A stretch of DNA of 62,537 bases, filler included, from Choristocarpus tenellus KU-1152 (lineage: Eukaryota > Protista > Phaeophyceae), in assembly GCA_964200185.2 (NCBI GenBank). It is 10 parts of 10 records of this genome, joined end to end, with 100 filler letters (N's around TTAATTAATTAA, not from the genome) between each part and the next. Parts side by side here need not be neighbours in the genome. Positions count along the whole stretch, not along the records: positions 1 to 13,736 come from CAXNAD020001387.1; 9 more parts are not named here. One strand, given 5' to 3'. Shown piece after piece: positions 1 through 12,759 of this stretch. How positions within the stretch are numbered: the stretch's first letter is position 1; each line of letters opens with the position of its first letter. The notes under the pieces were generated by a model that was given only the letters and a program-made list of their open reading frames with translations, had not been told where the DNA came from and searched no databases. The translations under genes and the position numbers were made by a program.

Positions 1-66
1 ACATCAATTCTGTACCGCTTTTTTCGGGCATGCCCATGGGTGAACAAAACCGGGGTACCTACTGTA
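1..66. mobile_element. Right end of a Tc1/mariner-type non-autonomous element (ends GGGGTACCTACTG, then TA)
   Basis: Near-identical to 29812-29875. Reverse complement of the left end TA|CAGTAGGTACCC at 53135. CAGT terminus flanked by TA. Confidence 0.55.
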
Positions 67-420
67 CTTCCTATGCACTATTTTATTATTATGCCATCTG
101 ACATTTTGAAGATGTGCCAGAGGAACAACTAATGAAAACTAATCACATATCTGAAAAATCCCTAAAGTAACAGTTGTGACAAAAGTATACGCACTATCGA
201 GTTGAAACGATGATTGATGATCCTAGATATCAATCATGGAAATGCAAGTGACGTAACGACTAGTACCTGTGTACAAATCAACCTTGAGTATGAAATGGTA
301 ATACTGTATAGTATCAATGAAACAGAGATAAATACCCGATGTTTTAACCGAAGGTTCTTGTCATGCCACCTATAAGTTCCTCCATGGCGTTGATGTGAAC
401 TACCCTGACGATGCAATCAA

Positions 421-2300
421 CAATGTTTTCTGGAGGAAGGCAAATCGAACTCCAACATGCTTGATCCTGGGCCCAGAGGCCAAGTTGTTGGTTAGGTGGA
501 TGGCCCCATGGTTATCCCGTGGGTGATGATGGGAATCTTGGCATCAAATCCAAGGGAGGAAAGGAGATTGCGAGGGTGGTGGTTTTCTTGAGCCGTAAAG
601 CTGAGGGCATGGCTTTCACTTTCAGTGCTGGATAGGGCAAAGGTAGACAGACTACTTTTTGCTCGACCAGGTGACAGGACCCTTGTTCAGCATGAGCACG
701 GAGTTGGACGGGGATGAACAGTATCGAAGGGAAAAACGACGGGCGCATCGACGATAGCGTAGGACACACTTGGCAACAACAAGGTGAGGTTGGAAAGGGG
801 TGGTCATGTAGCAGGTAAGTTGCATCAAAACACGGGAAATATCGGGACCGATGCAGATGGATAGGTGGGGTAGGCTGTCAACCAATGTCTGTCAGTGGTG
901 ATTGTCATTGGGGGGTAGAAGTGTGAAGCAGTGTGGGGACAGAGCTCCTGAGAGTCAGCAGGGTTGGTCGATGAGTTGCAGCTAGCCGTGCCAATAGGGA
1001 CAATCCCGTGACAGGTTAAGTCACGGAGGACCCGAATCCCGAGGATCCATTCAGCTTGACCCAGATCCTCCATTTCGAACCAGTGTTGAAGCTGTTAGCG
1101 TGTTGTGTCAATAAAGCTGGAGTTGCATCCAGTGACGCCTATGTTGTCACGTACACGAACAGGACAATAAGCTCAGTCTCTCCTCTGGCGTACACGCAGG
1201 GATGAGCAATGCTGGGAGTAAGACCAAGGGCGCTGAGGGTTTGGTGGAGGGTTTGGTACCAGGCGCAGGGGGCTTGTCGGAAGTCGTAGAGGGTCTTATG
1301 AAGGCGGTACATGCGAGGTTGGACATGAGAACTGGTTTCAAGAAAACCTTGGGCAGTTGGGTGAAACTCGTTCTTGGATGGGGCTTTGAAGGAACGCAGA
1401 CTTCACATCCAATTGAAACAGAGGCCAGTCATGGTAGGCAGCAAGGGAAGAAATGGTGTGGATGGGGCCCAGGCGGCCCACAGGGGCAAAGGTGTTACGA
1501 ACGTCAAGACCAGGTATCTGGATGTACCACCTGGCAACGAGGCGTGCCTTGCTGCTGAGGATAGTGCCATCGGATTATCTCTTGGTCTTGAATAGCCACC
1601 CAGTGGAGATTACTTTTTCCGCAGAAAGCAGGCTGGATTCATCCACCACACTCCAGGTCTTGTTATATAGGAGGGATCCATACTCCACACAGATATAGGT
1701 TGTTCCCAGTCTTACAGCATGGCGTCCTTGAAAGAGCGAGGGAGATCTGTATAATGGGGCTTGAGGGGGGTTTGTTGTAGTAGAACAGCATGGACGAAGG
1801 AGTATGGAGGTTGGTGGAAAGGGAGGTCATAGAGGGCGCCCACTAAGGATGCCGAGATGGTTGGAAATTGCGATAATGGCGAAGGAGGCCTCCTCTGGAA
1901 GTTTAGGGTTGTTGAAGGAACTCACTCGATGAATTTCACAGAACTGGACAGGGTGTTCCCTCACACTATGGGTAACATCTCCCAAGAAGACCACAAGAGG
2001 CTCATCAATGATCTGCTGATTACTTCCTCTGATGAATGACTGATACACTCCAGCGTGAATGATGTATAGTGCTGTCTGTGTGGATCAATGCCTTGTTGAA
2101 GTCAGGCAGGAGGATGACTTGAAGGGGTGGAAAAATAGGGTTGGGGTCCTGCCATCACCTATGGATAGAGGCATTTGGGGAATTGCCCAAGGATTGGTTA
2201 TCTGTGTAGTGTGTTGGCAGGCATCGGGGGAGGTAGATGATTGCTCAATATCGACAATGTTCAAAATTGGGAATCTGAAGTTGGTAGGGTAAACCAGACC
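421..2300 (-). mobile_element. Decayed Ty1/Copia pol (integrase tail, RT, RNase H)
   Basis: Minus-strand motifs in Copia order: LFQLDVKSAFLQ (~1400), LHKTLYDFRQAPCAWY (~1280), MEDLGQAEWILGIRV (~1070), VLMLNKGPVTWSSKK (~680), RIKHVGVRFAFLQ (~450). Stops and frameshifts throughout. Confidence 0.9.
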
Positions 2301-4699
2301 CCATATTGGTGGCAACAGTGTTGAACGCTCTATAGACCAAATGAGATGGCAAAATCTATATTGAAATACTCCAGAGATATATGCTTTGTGTAAGTCACCT
2401 TGAGCAAGAGATCCAGGAGAATGGTTGGTAGATTCTGCTCTCACATGGTCTTCAGAACCCTGAAGCCTTCCACAACCGTCACCATTCTCTCTGCTGGTCT
2501 GGACAAACTGTCGTAGCCAGACAGCTTGCTGGCATCCCAAGTCTCAATCTTGTCGCCACAAAACGTGAACGGGAGGAACCTCAACCTGTTACACTACTCT
2601 TGAATGTCTTTTTGTACTATGTCGATATTCCCCTTCTCTAGCCTCTCTCCTTTTGTATGAGCTGGCCCCCGAGGAGCCTATCACCAGTAGTAACTAACAA
2701 GATAGCTCGGAGGCTGGTCTCTTGTGGAGGAGGCATTAGGTGGACGGTGGACTCACATGGGTTCATCCCCATCATACACTTATTGCAGTAGTAGCAAGGC
2801 CTCTTGGAGAAATGACAGTTGCTGAGTCAGGTTCGCCCTATCCTGAATACAGAAGCAGTGGAAGGAGTTGATGGTTGGAGAAACATGTGGATCATGCTGC
2901 CATGCCACAGGTGGGCGGTCTACCTCATCATGCCTGATTTGGACTATGACCTGCATACTATGCATAATGAATGCATCATAAAATGATGCCATTCAGTAGA
3001 ATATACTTCAGTAAAAAATATTGAATGTCACATATGATAACATAGGTGCACAAGTATTGGTGCCCACAATCCACAATGCTTAACATGTTTATTTTGGATA
3101 ATGAACAAGATTTCAAGAGAAGAAAGCAGTTGACGAGTGGCAGGTTCAAACTTGCACATCATTTCCTCTAATGTTATCCCAACTGAATAACTGAGTTATG
3201 AGGGGTACCCTTTGACCCCAAACATCATATACACAAGCCCCTGCGAATATTATAAAGTGATACAACCTTAAAACATAGGCTACTCATCATCTGTTCGTTG
3301 ATAGGATACAGTTCCACCAGTCAACACTGACTGTTGATTGGTCTGTTATGCTCTGGACGCTACTGTCACAAGTTCATCATCACCACATCAATTACCATCT
3401 GAACACCATAATACAGAACAGTCGCTCTGCGTTCCACACGCAGGAATAGTATACGTTACTTGAGTTGCATCACATATTGGTTCAAGTTTGCTCTCTTGTT
3501 CCCTTGTTTGTTTTTTCTTCTTTCTTTCTTCTTATCAGCAGAAGATGACAGTTGTACGTTGAAGGTTGATTTTTATGTCTTTCATGGCTGCTATTGATCT
3601 CTCACAATGCACCAAACTCACTCTGCAATAAGTGTACCAAACGCACACATGAATGTAATATAATCAGAGTTAAAACCACCCGCGGAAACCCTTGCCAGCC
3701 AAGGTAACAAGCCTCTCCACAAAGCATGGACTTCTTTCATTGAGTATCTCATGAAAGAACACTGAATTCACATCACATCAATCTGGATTGAGCAACCAAG
3801 AATATTGAATTCACATCGCATCATTCTAGACTGAGAGGTCAATGACCTCAGTTACAACAGAATAAATACATCGGTGCTTTGCAGGACAATCACATCTATC
3901 CATAACATAGACTACGCATATCACTTCATCAGTGCTTTGCAACACCATGATTCCTCATCGCTTGTAGTCTACGCATTTTGCATACATGTACGATGCATTC
4001 GATTCAGGTTTCAACAATAACTTGGACCCAGAGCCAGACATGGTCCCTGGGATGGGAGAAAGATCTTGAGCTCAGACAGAGAAGAGTAGTTCCTGCCGCG
4101 GAGGAAAGTGTGAAACTACCTCCAGCCTTCAAAAACAAAAATAGAAATGGGCACAGTGACTCAATAAGGGAAAAGCAAAAACGACAGATAGAGATGATAG
4201 AGTCTCATGTTTACTGAAGAAGCATCCTACTCACTTGACTGCGAAGTCAGAACAGTACCACACGTCAACTAGAATCAAAAGCGTTATAAATAGTAAACCT
4301 TAATGTATGAAGAGAAGGGAATATAGAAACAAGAAAGGCGCAACATGAAAAGGGAGTTGGAATTGCCTACTTTCGAGCTCTACAACAAAGACCTTACCTT
4401 TACACAACATTACTTTGTACTCCAGAATATTTACTTCCACATATGTAACAAAAGAAAGGTGCAGTCAAACTTCTAGATGGCCATTATGAAGTTGAATGAA
4501 GGAGTCTGCCAGACCCACCCCGTCTAACCCACTGACCCAGTGTTTCCAGCTTCTTTAGAAAACACACGTGAAGTCTTGACAGCGCTAGTATACACCTCAT
4601 GTCATTACTGTGGACACAGTCCGTTGTTATGTAGGCACGTTTCCACAGCCCGCTTCCTGCCAAACCCCTTGAACTTCGTATCAATCAGTAGTTTCTCCT

Positions 4700-6550
4700 C
4701 CGGAATGCATATCAAGCGATCCAAAATATTTACTACACAATAAGTTGCGACAGAAGGCAACCCGCTTGAAAGCTGGAATAAGCCCATTTCGCCAAGAAGG
4801 CAGGTTGTTTTGGTTTTGCACAGTAGTCATTCTAGACTTTGTGCCATTATGTTGGTTTGGGATCATGATAACCAGACATTTCCAAAAAATGGGGAATCAT
4901 GTCATGCCAAGGGTACCCAGAACCTGATATTTGGCTGTTGTATTTCCTTTTGTATCACACTGCCGCAAACTGTGCACCTGTCTGCACACTTGAAATGATG
5001 TGTGGACTGAAAGACCACTGTCTATTTCCTCACCTTCCACTGGGGCCATCACTCTTCACTATAAATAAATGCTGGTGTGGCACTACCTCCATGACATGTG
5101 CAGCACCACAGATCCGGATAGGGGAGAGGATATGGGAATGTGATTTGAACGCTACACCCCCGAGGAAGAGAAAAGTTGTAAGGGCATTAAGCTCATTGTA
5201 TTGTTGGTAGTTTTTCTTGTTGCCAGGAAGGTTCACTACAGCATGCACATACTGACTGTCCCGGAGTCAGCAATGTCCACAACTTCCGTGCCCTGGTATA
5301 CCACAGCAAGTACTGGAGTGTGAACTGGTCCCTTTGAATAAATCTCCATCACCAGGTGCATGTAACGCTCAAGTCCTATTCTGCCACTCAGTGCCTTTGT
5401 CACCCTCACTACCCCAGTTGTCTCTCTAGGTCACATTTATACTGTCATGTTCACACTTGTTACTCAATCCGTCTTCCTACCCAACAAGACAGGTATGATA
5501 GTGTCTCATGTTCTGACCCTGGCCACAGGTGCTGTTTGAAGGCAACCACGCTCAACCTACCAGTACAAGCTCCTCAGATTCACTACTGTGATGGGTATTG
5601 TGCGATTCATGGTGCATGTGAACAAGTGTTGCTGACTCCACAGAGCTAGCTCCTCGAGAACTTATTGAGTATGAACATCCATTAAGGACAAGTAAGTGAG
5701 GGAAGTGGTAACCCTGAGATTGGGGAGGCTTTGATTAGCCTTGATATGAAGGGTGACGATTCCCCCAACAGCAACATCACCAAGGCTCAAGAGTTGCTAC
5801 AATGAGGAGAGCAGGAGTGCGATGATGCAATTAAGGCTCTTTGCTGGAGGAACTTGAGAATGAGGTTGTCAAGAACATAACATAACGTGTGTTGCAAGCT
5901 CCACAAGAACTGATACCAATGATTGAGGTGGAAGTCAGAAGAAGACAAGTCGAATGTTGAGGTATCCTGCTTGGATCCGCAGGTGAATATGATGTGCTGG
6001 CACGTGTCCACATGGACAACCATAAAATAATACACACTACTTCGAAATATCACTGTATCACAAGTACCATTTCATACATGAACGGATAATCCAATACCAG
6101 GTCCCAACAATTGTTATCAATGGGTGGAAGTAAACTGGAAATAACGGAAGCACAAAACTCCTTTCTTTTTTCTTCTCTGCCGGTGGTATGTATAGTGCAT
6201 CAGCAGCACTATATTACTAATATCTGATACCCGGTCTGGTGATGACAATACAGTGGTGAGATACGTTTTGCCTCCCTATGTTGAAGGTGCAACCCTAATT
6301 TTTGACATGGAAATGAAGGCTGAAAAAGGTGGACTAGGGAATTTTGCATTGCTGTGCAGTACAAAGATGAAAATTTTGATAACTATGGTCTCAGGACCTG
6401 CAGTGCATTTGAGGGTTCCTGAACTGCTTGATGTGTGCTGTGGTCTCTGCACCAGTTGCAAAAGTAATATATTGCAAGACCCAGTTTTTAGGTGGTTCTC
6501 CTCAACTCTCTATTGAAACTTACGGCATCCCACTGTATAGTAGTATACAT
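4700..6550 (-). mobile_element. Possible highly decayed Gypsy integrase region
   Basis: Fragments NCWDLVLDYPFMY and FYGCP (~6100-6010) resemble the end of the integrase core; KGPVH near 5330. No intact ORF. Confidence 0.3.
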
Positions 6551-7976
6551 GGTCCAACCCTCATCTGTCAAACACTTATAACTGTCTGACTACACTATGG
6601 ATTAGCAGAGGGATACTGAGTCACGATTGTGTAAGAGATATTGGAAGTATATACCGTTTATGTTCCTCATCAAAGATGGACACCATACGCACACTGACTG
6701 CAGGTGTAGATTGGAATGTGCTTTTCGTCGAAGGCAACTACACTAGAACGAAATACTCATACTCCGGAGTATGTATACTAGCCACATACACATAGCCATT
6801 CATAGCCATCGGATAGGAGGTGTACATGGTCAGGTTTGATTCAACAGGATAAGCAGTGTGCAAGAAAAGGGATGAGACTCTCCCCCTGTTTTCTTCTCCC
6901 TCAGTCTGGTATTCGGAAGTTCCTAACCATCATAATACACACAGATATAGTCACACATTCATAGCTTTTTATTACATCTTTGCTCAAGCAACGAAAGACT
7001 CCTCACAGAGTATCATCACCTTTATCAGATTATGATAACAAGGCTAGCACAGCATGCATTGAGCAGTCATTGAGTTACAATCTCACAGGTTTCATAACTA
7101 TACCCCATTCAAAATTGTTCTATCTGTGCAGTGAGACGCCCGAAGTTTTGACTATAACAATGTTGAGATTCAATTTGCGGCGATCAAAAATGTCCCCAAC
7201 ATATTATTATTGTTCTACATGGCCAGTCCTCTACTGGAGCAGCAATGACGTGTTGGATGATCATGGCTGAGTAGATGAATTAGCAGTGCGGAACTTGGTA
7301 AAGGTCATACTACCCTTGTTCCAATAGGGTACAGGTACTATATTGTACAGTTCCAGGGTGTGGAAAACTGGTAGAATTTGTAGTCTTCATTCTCCAGGGT
7401 GCAAGGGATGCTCATCCCTCTGCAGTTGCTGCCAAGATATTTCGCTGTTCAACAGCGCATGCTGTTCTTTCCCTCTTAGACTGAGGGCAAGTGCATGCAC
7501 TGCCCATCTCCACACCCTACTGACCGTACATATTTCCCAACCCTAGGAAATATATGTATAATTTTCAGGTGCCTCTATATTTTGACCCACATCATGACCT
7601 GGGACTCAACCTGGACTTGAAGAACCCTGAACAGACACGGTACCACAACTAGCTTTCCTAAGGTCCAGACCTGGACTCCAACCCAACCATGATGTAAGAC
7701 CCAGATGAAAATGGACTGCAAACCCATGGGGGATCAGTGATAACCCCTCAGTCGAGATTTGCACACCAGTACATCACATACAGTCCACAGCACTAAACTG
7801 CACAACAGCAACTGCCCGTTTCTTGTGAGTACTGTCCTTACTACAAAAATGTTCTTGCATCTAATATGTTTTGACCCCTTTTCTGGAGATTTTGTGGCAG
7901 GCAGGGTTAGGGTGCACTTCCCGCACCGCACATTCCTGATATCCATCTGATGAGGTACAATTCCAGATTCCATACT

Positions 7977-8234
7977 GAGTCAAAGTATTTGAGAGGGTAG
8001 AGCCACGTCCATCTGGGGGCCAAAATCTAATGTTGCAATTTTGATGTAATTTTGACTACTGTGTTTGTTAGGAGATGTCAATATCCTTGTTCCAGATACA
8101 CCTTTTCATAACGTACACATTTTACCTACTTCGAAACATTTTGGAGTAGGAAAATGTCATAATAAAACCCATGGGAAGCCAAGCCCCAAATGGACAAACA
8201 GGGAAAAACTCATGCCCTCTAAGATACTTTCACT
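7977..8234 (+). mobile_element. Sola2-type MITE, family A (~258 bp), copy 1
   Basis: TIRs GAGTCAAAGTATTTGAGAGGGTA ... TGCCCTCTAAGATACTTTCACT. TACT on both flanks if the terminal C is lost. Homologous to 31087-31345 and 31727-31985. Confidence 0.8.
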
Positions 8235-8397
8235 TACTCTGCCCCAATAATATGCCATCACGCTGGGGGATCAATTTCACCTAGAATGTTCAAGACACTT
8301 GTTTATCTCTCTAGACACTTATTGACCCTGGGCCTGTACATGTGAGGGAGCTTTGTTTGGATGATGAGGATTGTGGATCTGGGAAATGCGCACAATA

Positions 8398-8456
8398 GAC
8401 ACAAAGTATCTGGGAGGGGGGGGGGTTCTACACCAGGGTGTCCATTTGGGACAAAT
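8398..8456 (+). mobile_element. Solo end of Sola2-type MITE family B
   Basis: CAAAGTATCTGGGA(G)n..TACACCAGGGTGTCCATTTGGG, the same motif as 13673-13736 and the reverse complement of 57703-57770. Confidence 0.7.
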
Positions 8457-8659
8457 ACTCCACAACACTTTCTAACCCAGGTCCTGTCATTCCAAACAGG
8501 CCATACTATACTGACACTCTAAATATTGTGCAGGTAAATAATATACATCTGAGAAATTTTCTTACCACTTCGCCTGTTTAGTTTTTAGAAATGTGGACAT
8601 AGAGTGCTAGCTTACTTTGCAGTAATATATGTTTGTGCCATGCTACATGCACTACAACA

Positions 8660-9800
8660 CTACCTATCCTGCAAGAATGGCCTGAAGGTCCTCTTCACTC
8701 AGAGAACTATCAAAGGACGTTTCCCGCATTTCAATACCCTGAAAGGTGTCTGTTGGCGCAATAGGCATAGCTGCTACTCCAGGTGAGCCTGTGGCTGTAC
8801 AGGGAGAGGACAACAGGTAACATCCATGGTCAAGACTCAGTCCATCCTGGATGTTTGACTCACCATCACGAGTTCTGATGTAGTTCCCTTTAACACTGCC
8901 TTGTGTGGATGGAACTTGCCAATTCTGAGATAAATGCTCAGAAGTACAGGGTGGGGGTGAGTGACTGAACTTAGCAGGAACCTCCCCAAGGTTCAGGTCC
9001 CTCACTACGTATTTGGAGGCTGGTAGGCTCTGGACTGACATAATGAAAAATGCATGGCCGCAACCTAGAAGGAGAGACTTGAACCTTAGGAGACCAAGGA
9101 ACACCTTCCCACATCGATCAACACAGTGGTGAACAACTGATGCCTCGGCCGTGTGCCCTGCAACCTGGAGAACTTTATTTACCAGAGCTTGGAAGAAAAC
9201 TGTGAACTCCTGACGCTCCTGTGTAGATCAGACAAAGTATCAGAGGAGATCGGTACTAAATGTTACACACATCTCGGAAATTCGAGGACAAGGGAATTTC
9301 TGAGTCTGTTGGAATGCTGGTGGCATGTTGGAACACCTTTGTTCATCATTTCTCAAAAAATGAAGGGCTCACTCTGGGGTGGACAATCATGCTCCACACA
9401 TCCTGACTGTTATTTAAAGTCCCGCCTTGTAAGGTGTTGCATTCATCTGAGCTATGAAACCAGTTCTCATATAAACTGTTGTTCCAGAATTGACTCCGAC
9501 CAGAAACCACCAGACGATTCGACTCAGCAGACAGAGGTGGACTGAGCACCTGAGGTGGGGATGTTCATGAGAAGGCTTGTCAAGCTGTGCCTTGGAGAAT
9601 ATTGGTAGCTATGTCAATGAAGCATAATGTCAAGTATTGTCATACCAACACAGTGTCACCTCCATACTGGCCAATAGTGCTGAATGGTCCATGGAACTCC
9701 TTGTTGGGATGCCTGAGTGGAGGTTGCTGTCATTTGTGCTACCCAAGGTGTACTCCACTGAGGCCTATGGTGGGGACCAAAAGTAAGGATAGCTTTGGGG
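8660..9800 (-). mobile_element. Possible decayed Gypsy integrase C-terminus
   Basis: KHPNKEFHGPFSTIGQYGGDT (~9715-9650) resembles the GPF/Y motif. Otherwise fragmented. Confidence 0.3.
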
Positions 9801-10080
9801 TGTAAAAATTGCATCTGTGCTCTCCAAAAATTGAGTGACAATCTATGTCTACTACACAAAGCGCTCCTCATTATTTCAAGATGAGGCACCCTACTACGTT
9901 TTGTTCTGCAGCACCTTAGAAGGAAACAACCAACAATATTTTGTCACGACAGGATACGATGAGCCATGCAATTGCACTGGAGGGCAATGGCGCTCTGTGG
10001 TACCTCACACACTGGCAAACTAGTTGACTACAAACACATAAGAGTTGATAATTAAGGAAAGATGAAATAACCAATAGTAT

Positions 10081-10117
<37 letters not shown>

Positions 10118-10909
10118 ACACAACTCAAAGGCACACATCAGTCAACAGTCGAGTCTATTTTGTCATTTTAACACGAATTACAAATCTATTTCGCAATTCA
10201 CTTGATACAGCGTATCTATCACCACAAAAAGCGAGCACTAATCTCCATATGTTTCCCTAGGTTATCGCTGCTGCTATCGTAACGTAGCCTATCAAGGTCC
10301 AAAGATTACGCAAAGGACTCAAGAAAGTCCACCAATCCCAGTTCCAAGGGATCGTGTGACATCATTTTCCTTAATGGGAGATTAGTACGATTGGAACAAT
10401 TTCGGTCATGTATGTCGAATCCACCACCACACACACATACGTGCCATTTCAAAAACCTAAGATAGAAACATAAAACGCCATCTATGTACCAAGACTCAAA
10501 AATTCTTCAGCAGGCGCGAGGGTCTTTGGCCGGAAACTCTTGAGGGAAGGTCTTCATCAGAGGCAACAACATAATGCGAACCAGCTGCAGTCCACCTTCA
10601 ATAGAGGAAACACTAAATCGTACATTATTGCTATAAATTGCAAGTGTCCTGACGATCTCATCAGAGAGTTACTCCAGACTACAATTCGATGGGAAGGCTA
10701 GGGCGAGAACTTCGAGGAATGAACACTCGTGTGGACCCCATCCTGGCCAAATATGCACATAGATCTGTCAAAAACTGTTGTGAGTGGATAGTCCAGAACA
10801 CCCAAGTCCGTATGTGATAGCAACAAAAGGTTGATCGGAAGAGTTAACTTCAGGGAGATACAACTTCCAAGGCCTAGTGCGAACGACTGGCATATCAAAC
10901 GAATCCTGT

Positions 10910-11533
10910 CTAAGGACAGATTTTCCAGCACACCTCCCTCAAGGGACTGCATCTAATCGGTACAACCATTTGAAACGCCAAAAGGGGTGGGATGACGGAC
11001 AATACCTGCCCTAGCAAAGGTGCTTCAGGGACCTGAGTCGGAAGTATTGGGAGCGTCTCTCTTAGCAACATGTGGTCCAGTTCTCCCCAGGAATCGGATT
11101 CGTCCAATACACATGTTCTGGATCCTCCATTGCTGGACACTTCCTGGGCCTCTATCGTGCACTTGGGCGGTGGTATTGCATCTCTTGAACAAGACTCTGC
11201 AATAGAAACTCTCATCTCTTGTACGACAGGGGCTTTCTCTACCCTCTGTCGTTCAGATCTCCTCCGAGTCCTATCCTTGAACGCAATCTTGTGTCTAGAG
11301 CGAGGGGTGGAACGTCGTTCACGTCTGATTCGGGAAGCTTGTGTTCTGCAACTCGAAGCTCCAAACAATCCTTTGACTTCTGGAGATTTTATGTCTTGTA
11401 CAGGACGTCCTCTACCTCTGGTTTGGGCAATACATGTTGTGTGCAAGCGTAGGCACCGAGAACACGGGTTTTCCTTGTTGCACTTGACCTTGGAGACACG
11501 ACAAGATATGCATGTACGACCCACCCTGTCCAT
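10910..11533 (-). CDS. Zn(II)2Cys6 (GAL4-type) binuclear-cluster protein with adjacent AT-hook; 3' part possibly frameshifted
   Basis: CISCRVSKVKCNKENPCSRCLRLHTTC has C-x2-C-x6-C-x5-C-x2-C-x6-C spacing, followed by TRGRGRP. Starts at an ATG. Overlapping ORF 10698-10952 may be a frameshifted continuation. Confidence 0.8.
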   Translation of the reverse strand: MDRVGRTCISCRVSKVKCNKENPCSRCLRLHTTCIAQTRGRGRPVQDIKSPEVKGLFGASSCRTQASRIRRERRSTPRSRHKIAFKDRTRRRSERQRVEKAPVVQEMRVSIAESCSRDAIPPPKCTIEAQEVSSNGGSRTCVLDESDSWGELDHMLLRETLPILPTQVPEAPLLGQVLSVIPPLLAFQMVVPIRCSPLREVCWKICP

Positions 11534-12531
11534 TTTCAGGTAGCGGGCTGTTCTTCAATTATATACTCTCTCACTTAAGCACGACCACCTCGTCTCCAGA
11601 GTGTTCAGAAACTGGATCCACTTTGTGGGGTTAGTGTACCTTTTGAAGGATAAACTGGACGTTATTCCTTCTGTGTGGTCTATTCGGTATTTTATATGCA
11701 CCAATAAGATTTGGTTGAGGCCACAAGGAAGAAGAAATGGCGGCAAAAAGGGTATGGTGACAAAGATTTGGCAGGGGCAACTTGCTGAGTTTTGACCAAA
11801 GCTGACATGATGATAACACTTGAAGTTAGTCGAACAAATATATAATGAATAAAATTGATTGACAGGTATCTCCATCAAATTATAGCTCATACATTTTGGT
11901 GTGTATGAAGACTTTTTTTATTCGTGAATTGTGACTGTTTAGTCTTGATTGTTTTTGTCTAGTACAGAACAATACACATTCCACAATCCAGACCAAAAGA
12001 TCAGAATCTTAGAACCTACAAAGAGAGTTAGTTTAGGGAGAGTATCAATGTTTTGAGATGTTTTTGTAGAATATGGTTTGGGGAATTGGATTGTGTAGTT
12101 TCCAACTATATATCTAAGAAAAAACTGTTGACGGAAAAAATTAGAAAACAGAAATTTTTCAGAAAACTCCTTGTCCACTCCTCTCTGTTAAAATATGCTT
12201 CTATTAAACTACCGAAACCTTCGCTCTCCTCTGTTGATGTATGAGGTCTCAAGGATTTGTGGAACGACGTATGACGTACTTAAGTTGCTGAAAATTACCA
12301 AGGGTTTTCATATGGTCGGTGAGTTAACATGTCCACCTTCCTTTGCCAACCATATATTGACCCCCTACTCTAGATTGGTTCTCTTCGACCTGGTTTTCCT
12401 TCCGTTCACTACATGTCGGAGATGCGCCACTTATAAGGAGGGAATGATTTGGATATTTCCCCCTCCATATCGTCAGTGCAGTCACTTTGAGTAAGCGATG
12501 GGTATGGACTCGGCCATGTTCGAACTTGCTT

Positions 12532-12759
12532 GTACATGGTCCACCAGTGACCCTGATCATGTTGAGTAAACAATGGTCATGGACTTGGTCATATTAGAAT
12601 ATTTTTTGTGTGAGGTAATATTTTTTTACACTCGGGTCGGCGACGTACATGGTCCACCAGTGACCCTGATCATGTTGAGTAAACAATGGTCATGGACTTG
12701 GTCATATTAGAATATTTTTTGTGTGAGGTAATATTTTTTTACACTCGAGTCGGCGACGT
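12532..12759. repeat. 113-bp near-perfect tandem duplication
   Basis: Units start GTACATGGTCCACCAG at 12532 and 12645; one visible mismatch (CTCGGG vs CTCGAG). Confidence 0.95.
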
